Position numbers and translations under genes: made by a program
Assembly (NCBI GenBank): GCA_951406725.2
Contig: OX597827.1
Coordinates: 9,176,001 to 9,240,000, forward strand
Length of the DNA: 64,000 nt
Source of the DNA: Octopus vulgaris
Taxonomy: Eukaryota
Reading direction: 5' to 3'
Part shown: positions 1-13,735 of the stretch, one piece after another
How the letters are laid out: each line of letters opens with the position of its first letter
How positions within the stretch are numbered: the first letter of the stretch is position 1
Notes under the pieces: generated by a model
The model's database searches: none
What the model saw: the letters and a program-made list of their open reading frames with translations, nothing else
Told to the model about the DNA's origin: nothing

Positions 1-306
<306 letters not shown>

Positions 307-849
307 AAGACTTTCCAGTAACAGACTTTTCTATGTAGATATAAACTGGTGCTGCTTGGGCATATTAATTAATGTAGAATATAATCTTTAATCGTTACAA
401 GCAATTATTTTTTCTGATAGATGTTAGATCTATCAATATGACATTTTCAATTCCTTCTTTGTTTTGTTTTTTGAGTTTATTTTAAGCTTAATTGATGCTG
501 CAGGTATCATCATTAGCTTGCAATTAGCACACATGTATCCATTGATGACAGAAATTTATTAAAGAAATACATTATTTCACCCTTATCTTACGACCATCTC
601 GTTATTGCTTAATTATCGCATGCTGCTTTGGTTTACAAAAGTTTAAAATATTTCCATTCCTTTCATATCATATTTCTGTATCATTTTTCATTCCAACGTA
701 TGGCGCTGACATAGCCATGCAATTAAGAAGTATACTGCACTAATTCCTTAGATCTGTGTTTGATGGCAAGGTGGTGGATAGCACCTTGGGCAAGAGTATT
801 CTACTGTATCCTGGGGTTGGTCAGTGTCCGGTGAATAGAGTCCGGTGAA

Positions 850-1101
850 TACCTTTGTGAAAGGTAGGAGAGTCCAGTTTGCTGGACATTGTTGTAGAGC
901 TGAAAACGAGATAATTTCTACTCTTTTTCTCTGGAAGCCATCTACTCGCAATACCAGAGGGCGCACACTCTCCTACCCTGATGTAATCTCCAGGGATACA
1001 GGCATCCAGCAACAGGACCTCCGTAATGCCATGATGGACCGTGAAGTCTGGCGTAGCATGGTAAATTCCATTGTCTCAGTGATGATGATGATGATGATGA
1101 T
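850..1101 (+). mobile_element. 5'-truncated non-LTR retrotransposon 3' end (RTE/RTE-X-like) with (GAT)n tail, inserted in an old SINE
   Basis: Translation VKGRRVQFAGHC...LWKPSTRNTRGRTLSYPDVISRDTG...AMMDREVWR resembles the RTE-group ORF2 C-terminus; GAT tail at 1080-1100; near-identical copies at 7491-7746 and 42557-43045. Confidence 0.85.
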
Positions 1102-1373
1102 TGTTTGATAAAAATTGAGCAGAAGCAAGCCATATAAACATATCGATACATTCATACATTCGGAATACATACACACACAACACATGCACATGACATATAC
1201 AACATACATACATACACATACACAAATATATGTACATATATATATGAAAAGTAAGTTGTCTAAAAGTCCATAAGTCAAGAAAAAGATGCACTTGTATATT
1301 TGTCAATAGAGTGGGTATATTATTCGAAGTGTAAAATCAGCCATGATGGATATACTGTACACTCTGGATAATA

Positions 1374-1404
<31 letters not shown>

Positions 1405-1520
1405 CATACATACATAAATACATACATATATATAAATTTATATAAATAAGGATAAGATTGTTATTTAAATATCAAAGTTATGGGAATAAAAACCTTCAAA
1501 GGTAATAATTATTATTAAAA

Positions 1521-1958
1521 TAATAATTAAGGGTATCTAAGAGATACCACCATGCTGGAAATAGCAGCCAAACCTTGACACTAAAACCATATTAAAAGTT
1601 CATACAGCACCAGGAGAGAAAACAAAAAGACAAAATAAATTAGCAAAAAAATTACTGGATAATTCCAGATCCTGGATTTCTGGCTCAGCATAAGAAATGC
1701 TTTGCCTCATCAGTGGAATATACGCAGCACATAAGTACAAATATATATATATATATATATATGATGATGATAACATTCGAATACTTGCATATACAAACGT
1801 ATACATACATATATATGCACGTATGCACACGACCAGTTAAAATTTTTTTTGCTAGTTTATTTTGTCTTTCTGTCTTTGGAATTTTAATGTGGTTTTAGAG
1901 TCTAGTTTTGGCTGCTATTTCAAGCGTGGTGGTATCTCTTAGATACCCTAAATTATTA
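1521..1958. mobile_element. Fold-back element: diverged inverted arms (1521-1658 / 1833-1958) around a hammerhead motif, set in TA/CA microsatellite
   Basis: agggtatctaagagataccaccatgctggaaatagcagccaaa is matched in reverse complement by tttggctgctatttcaagcgtggtggtatctcttagataccct. Confidence 0.8.
1662..1719 (-). ncRNA. Type-I hammerhead ribozyme motif
   Basis: Minus strand: attcca-CTGATGA-ggc aa agcat ttctt atgct ga gcc-a-GAAA-tcc a gga-TC-tggaat; 6-bp stem I, stem II, near-palindromic stem III, AUC cleavage triplet. Confidence 0.8.
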
Positions 1959-2388
1959 TATATATGAATATATAAATACATATATATATATACATGCATA
2001 TATACATACATACATACACATAATACACACACACACACACAATACATACATACACACATACGTACATACACACATACATACACACATACATACATACATA
2101 CATACATATATACACACACACACACTGCAGTGTTATTAGGGTATCAGAAAGAATTGTTTTGCAAATGTGATAAGTTACCAAACTGCTGTCCCCGTGGCCG
2201 TATATTAAAACTATAAGGCAGCCACTCAGACTGACAACATAGCTTCTACCCCTATTTTACAACTGGGTGTGTGGTGACAGTAGGATCAACATCTAGTTGA
2301 TACTGAAGCCGTTAATGAGAGATTCTATGTAGCCATTCTCTGTGCTAGAAATAGCTGCTAAACGTTTTGCAAACTTTATGATCGTATA

Positions 2389-2790
2389 GGCGCAGGAGTG
2401 GCTGTGTGGTAAGTAGCTTGCTAACAAGCCACATGGTTCCGGGTTCAGTCCCACTGCATGGCCTCTTGGGCAAGTGTCTTCTGTTATAGCCCCGGGCCGA
2501 CCAATGCCTTGTGAGTGGATTTGGTAGACGGAAACTGAAAGAAGCCCATCGTATATATGTATATATATATATGTGTGTGTGCGTGTATGTTTGTGTGTCT
2601 GTGTTTGTCCCCCAGCATTGCTTGACAACCGATGCTGGTGTGTTTATGTCCCTGTCACTTAGCGGTTCGGCAAAAGAGACTGATAGAATAAGTACTGGGC
2701 TTACAAAAGAATAAGTTCCGGGGTCGAGTTGCTCGACTAAAGGCGGTGCTCCAGCATGGCCGCAGTCAACTAACTGAAACAAGTAAAAGA
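2389..2790 (+). mobile_element. tRNA-derived SINE, family A
   Basis: A-box-like tggctgtgtggtaag, B-box-like ggttcagtccc, internal (TA)(TG) tract, tail gactgaaacaagtaaaaga; about 14 copies in the window. Confidence 0.92.
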
Positions 2791-3059
2791 CTTTATTTTT
2801 TGTTTTTTTTTTTTTTTTTTTTTTAAAGAGTATGTCTTCTTGATCAAAGTCAACTTGAAATTAAACAACTATAGCAACCACAGCAACAACAACATGAGAA
2901 GTTGACTACTAAAAGATACTTCCATGAAGTGGATGTCAGAAGAAGCAAATTCAAAATAATAATAAAAAAAAAGATTATGTCGGCACATAGTGGTGAATGT
3001 TAAAGTGGAGGCAGCGTTGGTAGGTGGGGTGGGGGCTATTGTTGATTGAAATCCAACTC

Positions 3060-3400
3060 CCACTGCAAGAGACAAAGAGATGAAAGGCAAAGCCATCCTA
3101 ATAGTATTTGAATTCAAAATGTTAAAAAAAAAAGATACTTCCCCCAAAACAGAGAGAAATACTAGAGAAATATTATAACGTAACAAAAGTGAGAGAAGTA
3201 TTTTGAAATCAAAGAACTCCTATAAAACAAAAGATCCTTGCTAAATTGTGAAGAATCCATTGTTATGAAGCACAATGATTCTTTAAAACAAAGCAGGCAA
3301 TTCAGTTTCAATCCAAAGCTATTTCATGAAGAACTAGGTAAAAAAATAAAATGGCAATCAAAGCAGCAACCAAAAGCAGGAAAAGGAAGAGAAATTTGTA
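3060..3400 (+). pseudogene. Highly degraded R4/Dong-like non-LTR retrotransposon fragment (pre-RT region)
   Basis: Broken frames give KQKILAKL*RIHCYE...QFSFNPKLFHEELGKK, resembling the pre-RT motif of R4/Dong-clade ORFs. Confidence 0.5.
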
Positions 3401-3821
3401 AGGTTCTAGACAAAATTTATGGTAATTCATCACTGTTTTTTGGTGATATTCTTCTCAAGTAATAAGAACAGTAAAAATTTCTTTTATCTGCCACAAGGCC
3501 GATGGATGAGGGGATATTACAAGAAGAAATTCCTATAACACTTGGAAATTGATATAAAACTGATAATGTCATCAAAGCAGATAATAGTTGTGGTATTAAT
3601 AATAATGGTTTGAAATGTGGGTAGGGTGCCAGCAATTTCAAGGAAGTGGGTAAGTTGATTACAGTGACCTCAGTGTTCAACTGGTATTTATTTTATTGAC
3701 TACTACTACTACTACTACTACTTATAATAAAAACAACAACAACAATAATAATAATCCTGTCTACTAAAGGTGCAAGATCTGAAATTTGCGAGAGGGGGGG
3801 ACCAGTCGTTTACATCGATTA

Positions 3822-3952
3822 TATTGATGACGATGATGATAATGATGACGATGACAATGATGATGACGACGACGGTGATGATGAAGATGATGGTGATAAT
3901 GATAGTGAAGATGGCGATGAAAACAACGATGATGATGATGACGATGATGATA
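3822..3952. repeat. (GAT/GAC)n trinucleotide microsatellite
   Basis: Visible imperfect GAT run. Confidence 0.9.
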
Positions 3953-3971
3953 AGGAAGAAGAATGTTTTCT

Positions 3972-4135
3972 GAGTGGCTGTGTGGTAAGTAGCTTGCTTA
4001 CCAACCACATGGTTCCGGGTTCAGTCCCACTGCGTGGCATCTTGGGCAAGTGTCTTCTGCTATAGCCTCGGGCCGATCAAAGCCTTGTGAGTGGATTTGG
4101 TAGACGGAAACTGAAAGAAGCCTATCGTATATATG

Positions 4136-4172
<37 letters not shown>

Positions 4173-4382
4173 TTGTGTGTCTGTGTTTGTCCCCCTAGTA
4201 TTGCTTGACAACCGATGCTGGTGTGTTTATGTCCCCGTCACTTAGCGGTTCAGCAAAAGAGACCGATAGAATAAGTACTGGGCTTATAAAGAATAAGTCT
4301 CGGGTTGAGTTGCTCAATTAAAGGTGGTGCTCCAGCATGGCCGCAGTCAAATGACTGAAACAAGTAAAAGAGTAAAAGAGTA
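3972..4382 (+). mobile_element. SINE family A
   Basis: Near full-length match to 2389-2790, with (GTAAAAGA)n tail. Confidence 0.92.
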
Positions 4383-4659
4383 TTAAAGAGTAATGTACTA
4401 ATATAAAGATGCCATCATTTCCTTTACTAATGACATTAACGCAGAAGCGAAATGATCAAGTGTAATTATCAGCTTATAGATCATGAGTTCAATATCCGAC
4501 TCCAGGCACTTCATTAAACAAGACAAGTAAGTTTTGTCTGCTCTAGTTTACCTAATTAGAGAATCGGCACCAAATAGATCTCTGTGGAAAGTTGCTTCCA
4601 ATGAACCAGAGTTTTATTCAACGAGACATACCAGTACTTTCCTTTATTTTTATATCACA

Positions 4660-5263
4660 CTAGCAGTATCGCCCGGCGTTGCTTGAGTTTGTAAGGGAAA
4701 TAACTATATAAGCATTTTTAGAGAGTTATAGCCAAAAAATAGCAAAAAAATGCATTAAAAATGGAAAAAAAGTGATGGTAAATTTTTTTTTAAATTGCTG
4801 ACTCATCATAGACATTTTTAGAGAGTTGCTTCCCTTATATAACAGCAAAAAAATGCATTAAAATGGAAAAAAATGATGGTAAATTATTTTTAAAATCGTA
4901 GACTCATCGTAGACATTTTTAGAGAGTTACTTCCCTTATATAATAGCGAAAAAATGCACTAAAATGGAAAAAAATGATGGTAAATTTTTTTTTAAATCGT
5001 TGACTCATCGTAGACATTTTTAGAAAGTTACTTCCCTTATATAATAGCGAAAAAAATGCATTAAAATGGAAAAGAATTATGGTAAATTTTTTTTAAAATC
5101 GTAGACTCATTGTAGACATGCGCTAATACCCAGAAGGGCTCGATATGAATCACGACTATAAGATACCCGGCTTTGGTTACACTGCGCCGCAAAATGTGGG
5201 AGTAGTTAGGAATCTAAATCGTAGGAGACGGACAGCACACAACCTCTCTTTTATATATAAAGA
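4660..5263 (-). mobile_element. Non-autonomous Helitron with internal ~105-bp tandem repeats
   Basis: Minus strand begins TC(tttatatataaaag) and ends with a GC-rich subterminal motif (gcaacgccgggcg) plus CTAG; inserted between A and T; about 4 internal repeats at 4712-5116. Confidence 0.85.
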
Positions 5264-5439
5264 TTTGGTGCATAATAGCAGCATTCGTTACCTGTTTGGT
5301 TTGCTGCATTTACGATGATTGTCATAAATTAAGGACTGTTTACTTTTCTCAGGTTTTATTTACTGTCTAACAGATACATATTGTGTTTGCTACAATCTGG
5401 GAGAGGACCTGAAAGTAAGACTAGTTTATATTTGTACAA

Positions 5440-5857
5440 GGCGGCGAGCTGGCAGAAACGTTAGCACGCCGGGCGAAATGCTTAGCGGTATTTCTTCTGC
5501 TGTTACGTTCTGAGTTCAAATTCCGCCGAGGTAGACTTTGCCTTTCATCCTGTCGGGGTCGATAAAATAAGTACCTGTTACGCACTGTGGTCGATGTAAT
5601 TAACTTAACCCATTTGTCTGTCCTTGTCTGTCCTCTCTGTGTTTAGCCCCTTGTGGGTAGTAAAGAAATAGGTATTTCGTCTTTCGTAATACGTTCTGAG
5701 TTCAAATTCCGCCGAGGTCAACCTTGCCTTTCATCCTGTCGGGGTCGATAAATTAAGTACCTGTTATGCACTGGGGGTCGATGTAATTGACTTAACCCAT
5801 TTGTCTGTCCTTGTTTGTCCCCTCTGTGTTTAGCCCCTTGTGGGTAGTAAAGAAATA
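5440..5857 (+). mobile_element. tRNA-derived SINE family B, with duplicated body
   Basis: Head ggcggcgagctggcagaa...gagttcaaattcc; central ctttgcctttcatcc..ggggtcgataaa domain; 13-bp TSD tatatttgtacaa at 5427-5439 and 5858-5870. Confidence 0.9.
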
Positions 5858-6058
5858 TATATTTGTACAACAAAGAAGGAAGTTTACTTAAGTCTGTAGT
5901 GACAAATTATTGTTAAATGATGAAGGTAACATTGGGGATTTTAAGCAACTTGGGCAAAATCATCACCACCCAAGTAATTTTTGTGCATAAGCACTATCTT
6001 TTTAGAAATCTCCTCACAGATGTTTTTGACTTTTTCGATAACCCATTAAGTCTACTCT

Positions 6059-6362
6059 GTGAGGCACATGGCCTAGTGGTTAGAGCAGTGGACTCACGGT
6101 CAAGGGATCACGGGTTTGTATCTCAGACTGGGTGATGTGTGTGTTTACGAGCGAAAACACCTAAGCTCCACACAGCTCTGGCAGAAGGTAATGGCGAATT
6201 TCTGCTGATTCTTTCGCCACAACTTTCTCTCACTCTTTCCTCCTGCATTTTGCAGCTTACCTGCGACGGACCGGTGTCCTGTCCAGGTGGAGAACCTATA
6301 TGCCAAGAAACCGGGAAACCGGCCCTTATGAACCAGGCATGGCTTGAGAAGGAACAAAAAAA
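6059..6362 (+). mobile_element. tRNA-derived SINE family C (head 1, tail X)
   Basis: A-box tggcctagtggttag; head and body shared with 49127-49520; ends in an A-run. Confidence 0.8.
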
Positions 6363-6953
6363 AAATTATGTCCCACTGTCATAAAAATTGGACCCTAACT
6401 GATAACATTGAATAAGCTGTATCACATTGTCTCAGTGTCCTGTTTATAGGACCCTGGGATCTTTACCTTTTGACCGGCAGATTTAGAAAATAATTTTTTG
6501 TAACTAAACACTTTGAAACTTTGGACACTGGTAGAATGTGTCATATAAAACATCTTTCACTCTTAGCATTTTTGAGAAAAGTTTATGCTTACGAAATTAT
6601 TTTGTGTTAAAGTTCTTGTATTTCGGTAATTTCAACCAATCAATGAGGTGTATTCAGCTGAATAAAATTACTGAATATTTCCATTTCTACTTGAAGTAAA
6701 GGAGTTTTAATAATTATTTTTTCCATTTAAACCTATTTTCAATCTTCTATAAAAATTTAAAAGCAATATTCAGAAATTTAAGTACTCCAGAATTTAATGG
6801 GTTAATGTACTTTATCCAGAGTTAAGTTCTATCTCTGTAAATGAAAAAAAAAAGGGTGTAAAACAGTGATGTCTGCTGCTGTCATTGCATTTGTGGAAAA
6901 ATTTCCTACTACATTGTGTCTTCATTATCACTATTAGCCATGTTCTGGAAGAG

Positions 6954-7028
6954 GGGTCCTTTAACCACATAGCCAGCTTCTGGCACTGAGGGTCCTTTAA
7001 CCACATAGCCAGCTTCTGGCACTGAGGG
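6954..7028. repeat. Perfect 36-bp tandem duplication
   Basis: gggtcctttaaccacatagccagcttctggcactga occurs twice. Confidence 0.95.
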
Positions 7029-7490
7029 TAGCACACACTCTTGCTACGCTGTTCTCTGCTCCTACATTATACTAGTCAAAACTTCTGAATCTGGTGATTC
7101 AGAAGTTTGCTACCCACTCTACCGCTCCTTTCTGTGTAGGTTTATAAAGCAGACCCAAAAGTGCTATGTCCATAAGGCATACCTGGGGTTGGACCAGGTC
7201 CACTTCACCTGTCGCCTTTGTCCTCACCCTCGCCCAACCCTCTCACCCCTTACCTCATCCTCACCCTTGCCCTTGCTATCCCCTCACTCATCCAACCTCT
7301 GTTTATGCTACTGGGGCAGCAGCATTTTCTTGGGTTTGCTCTCATTGATTCTGATGCTTTCTTTTAGCTGCTTCTATGAACAGAAAGTCATGAAGAATGT
7401 ATTTTTGTTGTTTGTTTTTTTGTGCAACCATATGTGTAACAACTACACCGTTTGCTCCATGCTATCAGTCACACATCCTTCATCTTCGTA

Positions 7491-7746
7491 CATCATCATC
7501 ATCATTGTTTGACCATGGTCGAGACAATGGAATTTACCATGCTACGCCAGACTTCACGGTCCATCATGGCATTATGGAGGTCCTGTTGCTGGATGCCTGT
7601 ATCCCTGGAGATTACAGCAGGGTAGGAGATTGTGCGCCCTCTGGTATTGCGAGTAGATGGCTTCCAGAGGAGAAGAGTAGAAATTACCTCTTTTTCAGCT
7701 CTACAACAATGTCCAGCAAACTGGACTCTCCTACCTTTCACAAGGT
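7491..7746 (-). mobile_element. 5'-truncated RTE/RTE-X-like LINE 3' end
   Basis: Same peptide as 850-1101; (CAT)n tail on the plus strand. Confidence 0.85.
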
Positions 7747-7999
7747 ACACTCAACTATGCACATACAGCTTTGGTATGACCTTGTAGTTTCCAAGGACCT
7801 TTAGAACTTGCAATTTCATCCTGACTCCCCTCCAATGGCATGTCACTTCACACTACATGTTTGCTGATAGCCTGCCAACACTCCATGCATTCATGTTGTC
7901 CATAGGAAGATAAATGATACCTCACATAGCTTAACTGAAAAACTGAGTAAACGTTTAAATGAATGATATAACTTATTGTAAATATGATTGCATTTCCAA

Positions 8000-8300
8000 A
8001 TTATTAACTAACCATGATATATAACTTTAAGATGGTTTGCCAAAATTAATTCAAAAGATTGCAATTGACAGGTCACTGTGCAGGAAATCTTGAAGAAATA
8101 TTCAAATCTAGTGCTATGGCAACCAACACATAAATGGAGGAACAGTAGGAGACAAGCCATCATTTTAATTGATGCCCTTCAAAATGACAATGGCTTGTGA
8201 ACTACTGGAAATAGAAGCCGTGGTTTCAAGCAGGATTGCAACACCTGGAGAGGAAATGTTATCTTAGCCCATTCAACATCGCTTGAGATGATATAAGATG
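8000..8300 (+). pseudogene. Degraded RTE-X-like LINE 3' end, a second and older family
   Basis: Broken translation RLQLTGHCAGNLEE...LVLWQPTHKWRNSRRQAIILIDALQNDNGL parallels the RLxxAGHC...LWxP motif. Confidence 0.6.
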
Positions 8301-8315
8301 ATATTAACTTATTAT

Positions 8316-8726
8316 TACTCTTTTACTCTTTTACTTGTTTCAGTCATTTGACTGCGGCCATGCTGGAGCACCGCCTTTAATCGAGCAACTCGACCCTGGG
8401 ACTTATTCTTTTGTAAGCCCAGTACTTATTCTATCAGTCTCTTTTGCCAAACCGCTAAGTTACGGGGACATAAACACACTAGCATCGGTTGTCAAGCAAT
8501 GCTAGGGGACAAACACAGACACACACACACACACACACGCATATATATATATATACATATATACGACGGGCTTCTTTCAGTTTCCGTCTACCAAATCCAC
8601 TCACAAGGCATTGGTCGGCCCGGGGCTATAGCAGAAGACACTTGCCCAAGATGCCACGCAGTGGGACTGAACCCGGAACCATGTGGTTGGTAGACAAGCT
8701 ACTTACCACACAGCCACTCCTGCGCC
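8316..8726 (-). mobile_element. SINE family A
   Basis: Full-length reverse-complement copy. Confidence 0.92.
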
Positions 8727-8935
8727 TATTAGTGTAGATAAATATTATAACTTCTTTTGAGGCACAGACATAGGAATATGGTTAAGAAATTCACTTCCCA
8801 ATAACATGCTTTTAAGATCCAGTCTCCCTGTGTAGGATCTTGGGCAAATATCTTCTGCTAAAGATCCAGGCCATCCAAAGTCTTGTAAGTGGATTTGGAT
8901 GATGTAAACTGAAAAGAGATCTGTCATCGTGTGAA

Positions 8936-9172
<237 letters not shown>

Positions 9173-9173
9173 A

Positions 9174-10250
9174 CTTGGAGAAAGCCTTTGACAGGGTCCC
9201 TGATCCCTTATCTGTTAGGTGATGTGGAAACTGGGGATTGACGAGTGGTTAATAAGAGCCATACAGGCCCTGTACAGGGATGCCGTTAGTAAGGTAAGGG
9301 CAATGAATGTAGTGAAGAATTCCGAGTAGAAGTAGGGGTTTATCAAGGATCAGCTCTCAGCCCCCTCTTATTCATCATAGTCCTCCAGGCAATAACAGAG
9401 GAATTCAAGACAGGTTACTCCTGGGAGCTCCTTTATGCTGATGACTTTGCTCTCATAGTGGAATCACTACCAGAACGAGAGAAGAAATTTCAAGCGTGGA
9501 AACAAGGTTTAGAAACGAAGGGCCTTAGAATCAATGTTGCAAAAACCAAAGTCCCAGTAAGTAGGAAGGCAAACACATCAGAAAGCCCTTCAGGTAGATG
9601 ACCCTGCTTGATCTGTAGAAAAGATGTACCCAGTACAAGCTATGGATGCATAAGAGGTGCAGCAACATCAAAGGAAGGTTAGCCTGGACAATAGCTTTTA
9701 TGTGCAGCAGATGCACAGGGGCAATAAACACTGTAGATGTTCAGAAAATTGATTCCATCATATATCAGGAGGAGAAACTAAAAGTAGTTGATAGCTTCCG
9801 CTACCAAGGTGACCAAATCTGCAGTGGAGTCGGATGCTCGGAGAGTGTTGCCACTAGAATAAGAATAGCCTGGCCAAAGTTCAGAAAGTTCCTACCTCTA
9901 CTGGTGACAAAGGGCCTGAGAGAAATGATGGACATAAGAAGCATCAGATGTGGTGTACAAGAGAGACAACTGCGCTGGTATGGTTATGTGCTGTGTATGG
10001 ATGATGAGAGCTGTGTGAAGAAGTGTCACTCCCTAACAGTGAAAGGAATCCATGGAAGAGGGGGACCCAGGAAGACATAGGATGAGGTAGTGAAGCATGA
10101 CCTTCGAATGTTGGATCTCACAGAGGCAATGATAAAAGACCGAGACCTCTAAAGATATGCTGTCATTGAGAAGATCCGACAAGTAAAGTGAGATCACAGC
10201 CGTAGCTTTTACCAGTGTCACATAACCAGCCCATCTAAAAAGTACTTTTG
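9174..10250 (+). pseudogene. RTE-clade LINE reverse-transcriptase fragment with frameshifts, stops and deletions
   Basis: [27 protein letters not shown], Cys-rich insert (CLICRK...HKRC...CSRC), RQLRWYGYV, GRGGPRKT. Confidence 0.9.
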
Positions 10251-10252
10251 AA

Positions 10253-10397
10253 TAGTAACTGGTACTTTATTTATCGACCCCGAAAGAATGAAAGGCAAAG
10301 TCGATCCTGGCGGAATTTGAACTCTGAACGTAACAACAGACGAAATACCGTTAGGCATTTCGCCCAGCGCACTAATGTGTCTGCCAGCTTGCCGCCA
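10253..10397 (-). mobile_element. SINE family B, partial
   Basis: Reverse complement of the family B head and central domain. Confidence 0.85.
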
Positions 10398-11269
10398 TAA
10401 TAAAAAGAGGAAAATGACAACACCGACGGAGACTGAGGAAATGGATGTGGATGAACATCAAGAATATTTAAAGAAAGCTAAAATATAAATGTTATAAAAA
10501 TAAATCAAATTATCCTTTCCTTCTTAAACAGGTTCTCTTAATTATTTCCATTCCATAGAATTTCCATGGATACCACTCGTACTTATATAATGACATCCAT
10601 GAGATGGAGTGGCTGCTACAGGAAGTGTCTCTGACCATTCTCTATGGCAACATAATTGCAGTCATTACCGTGGGACATGGATGAGTACACCGTTGTTCTG
10701 GGATATTTGGCCCATCGCCCACTCTTCCTCCATCTTCTGCTTCTTTACAGCCCCACCATTTTATTTTGCTTCCCTTTCTTTTCTTATCTCTCTTCTATTC
10801 TATTTCTTTGTCCTTTTTATAATTAAATATGATAAAAAAATTGTATTAAAAAATCGTTAAAATATTTTGTGCATTTTAAAAGAAAACCCAATTTATTGCA
10901 GATAAATTTAAACACTAAAATCTCATGTGGACCCTTAAGGGTCATATGGACCCCTGAGGGTCATATGGACTGCGGTTCAGAACTGTTGCCCTTACCAGTT
11001 CTTCTAATCCCCACCCATATTTGATTGGTTTTTCTCTTTATGCATTGACCCTAAAAGGATAAAAGGTAAAAGTTGACAACAGCTGCATTTGAACTCAGAG
11101 AGTTGAAAACAAATACTTTGATTCATTCTGACCAATGTTCTAATGGTTCAGTCAGTATACACTGAGAAAGGCCTCAGCATATTACTGGTACTTATATTCA
11201 GATATTCTCATAATTATGAAAAGCAAAATCCATCACAGCAGCCACTATGACCATCATCATGCAACAACA

Positions 11270-11835
11270 GCAACCACCACCACCAACACCACCACCAGTA
11301 CCAGCACCACAATCACTATCACCACACCAGCACCACCACCACCACAACCACCACCACCACCACTACCACTACAACCACCACCACCACTACAACCACCACC
11401 ACCACCGACTCCACCACCACCACCACCACCACCACCATGCCACCATCTCCACCACCACTACCACCACCACCACCACTACCACCACCACCACTACCACCAC
11501 CACCACTATCACCACCACCAGTACCAGCATCACCACTACCACCACCACCACCACCACCACCACCACCACCACCACCACTACCACCACCACCACTACCACC
11601 ACCACCACCACCACCACTACCACCACCACCACCACCACCACCACCAGTACCAGCATCACCACCAGCACCACCACTGCCACCACTGCCACCACCACCACTA
11701 CCACCACCACCACTACCATCACCACCACCACTACCACCACTACCACCACTACCACCACCACCACCACCACCACCACCACCACCACCACTACCACCACCAC
11801 CACCACCACCACAAGCACCAGCAACACCACTGCTG
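11270..11835. repeat. (CAC/CCA)n trinucleotide microsatellite
   Basis: About 560 bp of imperfect CAC; source of the poly-H/T/P/G/V ORFs. Confidence 0.97.
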
Positions 11836-12139
11836 CCGCTGAATCCTGTATTAGTAATATTTGATCTTGTAAGCAAACTTACAAGTTACAAGTAAAATAT
11901 ATTGAAGCATCTGCTGTTACTTCCTTGGGTCATCTCAGCAGTTTTCCCTCGTTGAATTATATGAAACCAAATAAAATATGTAAATAACATGACAATGGGA
12001 ACCTGATAAGCTGATGATAGATAGAGCCGTTTCATGAGGCTATCATAATGACTTGCTATTAAGGGCTGGTCGTACCGGCTTTAGCATGTGTGCAATCACT
12101 CCACCGTATTTTGTGTTTTCTCATTATATGCATATATTT

Positions 12140-12189
12140 CATTTATGTATGTATGTATACACATACATGCATACGCACACACATGTATG

Positions 12190-12227
<38 letters not shown>

Positions 12228-12277
12228 CATGCATGTATATATATATATATATATATATATAGATACATATATATGTT

Positions 12278-12318
<41 letters not shown>

Positions 12319-12501
12319 GTGTGTGTATATATATATATATATGTATATATATGTGTGTGTGTGTATATATATATATATAAGATATATGTACTTATATATA
12401 TATATATACACATGCATATATATATATATATGTGTGTGTATAAATATATATACATATATATATTTGTAAATATATATATATAAGTAAATACATACATACA
12501 T

Positions 12502-12550
<49 letters not shown>

Positions 12551-12692
12551 CACACATATATATATGCACATATATATATTTAGATAAATAGATAGAGACA
12601 GATATCATTGAAATACATATCTACATATATATCTGTAACTATGGTATATATATAGAGAGAGAAAGAGATAGAATGTGTGTACATATATATGA

Positions 12693-12741
<49 letters not shown>

Positions 12742-13735
12742 TATACCTATACATATGCATATACATACATATCTGTCCATGTTTGCTTGTTACAGCAGAT
12801 TGTGGGTAAATACTTGACTGTGTATATTAATTTTATCAGATTTGTTAGCAATTACTATAATTAATAATCTATTTTCAGAAGCGCATAGTACATTCAATCA
12901 TTATACAGTGTTGACTAAACACAGAGATCAAATCACTTTTCTTTAGTTTTATTGATTTGAGATAATTAGGTAATGGTTCTGCAAGGAATAGTTCAAAAGA
13001 TAATGCATCTACACACATACATGCAGAGACATGCATCACACACACACACACACACACACTCATACTATGCATCATGCATACACTCTCACACTCATACATA
13101 TATGCATGTGTCTGAGTGTGTATTTGTGTGTCATATGCATATGTGTGTTTGTGTATATACATATGTGTATATATATATATATATATAGGTACATAGTCAT
13201 ATTTATGTATATATATAAATGTATGTATATATATATATACATACACACATCCACATACACATACATTCACATGTGTACATGCACTTGAGTATGTGGGTGT
13301 GTGTATAGATATCTATGTATATACATATGTATATATATGCATATATATATATAAATGTGTGTGTGTATGTATATATATATATATAATATATATACATATG
13401 TATACATATGTACATGCATATATATGTATGTGTGTGTATGTATATGTACGTATATAAAACATATATATGTACAAACATATATATACATATACATATATAT
13501 ATATGCTCATACATACACACATATATATATTTAAACATATATGTGTATGTGTGTGTATATATATGCTCTTACATACACACACACATATACATATACACAT
13601 ATATATATTTACACATATATATATATATATGTGTGTTTGTGTGTGTATATAAATATATATATATAAATAAATAGATATATGTATATACACACACACACAT
13701 GTATATCTATATGTATATTTATGTATGCATGTATG
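12140..13735. repeat. Degenerate TA/TG/CA microsatellite field
   Basis: Two blocks (12140-12770 and 13010-13735) of mixed dinucleotide runs. Confidence 0.9.

Noticed and set aside
2389-2460. tRNA-like sequences at SINE heads
   Set aside because: A/B boxes only, with no full cloverleaf; they continue into SINE bodies
2293-2782. Recurrent ORFs such as RWASFSFRLPNPLTR and DCGHAGAPP
   Set aside because: Antisense translations of SINE family A, not a gene family
4712-5116. CRISPR-like regular repeats
   Set aside because: Contiguous tandem units with no unique spacers, inside a Helitron in eukaryotic DNA
10925-10990. ggaccc..agggtcatat tandem resembling a hAT MITE end
   Set aside because: No matching opposite terminus or TSD found
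11216-11895. Long His-, Thr-, Pro-, Gly- and Val-rich ORFs
   Set aside because: All frames are translations of a (CAC)n microsatellite; no splice or domain context
12008-12050. CTGATGA followed by a hairpin
   Set aside because: No GAAA or stem I/III in the required positions, so not a hammerhead
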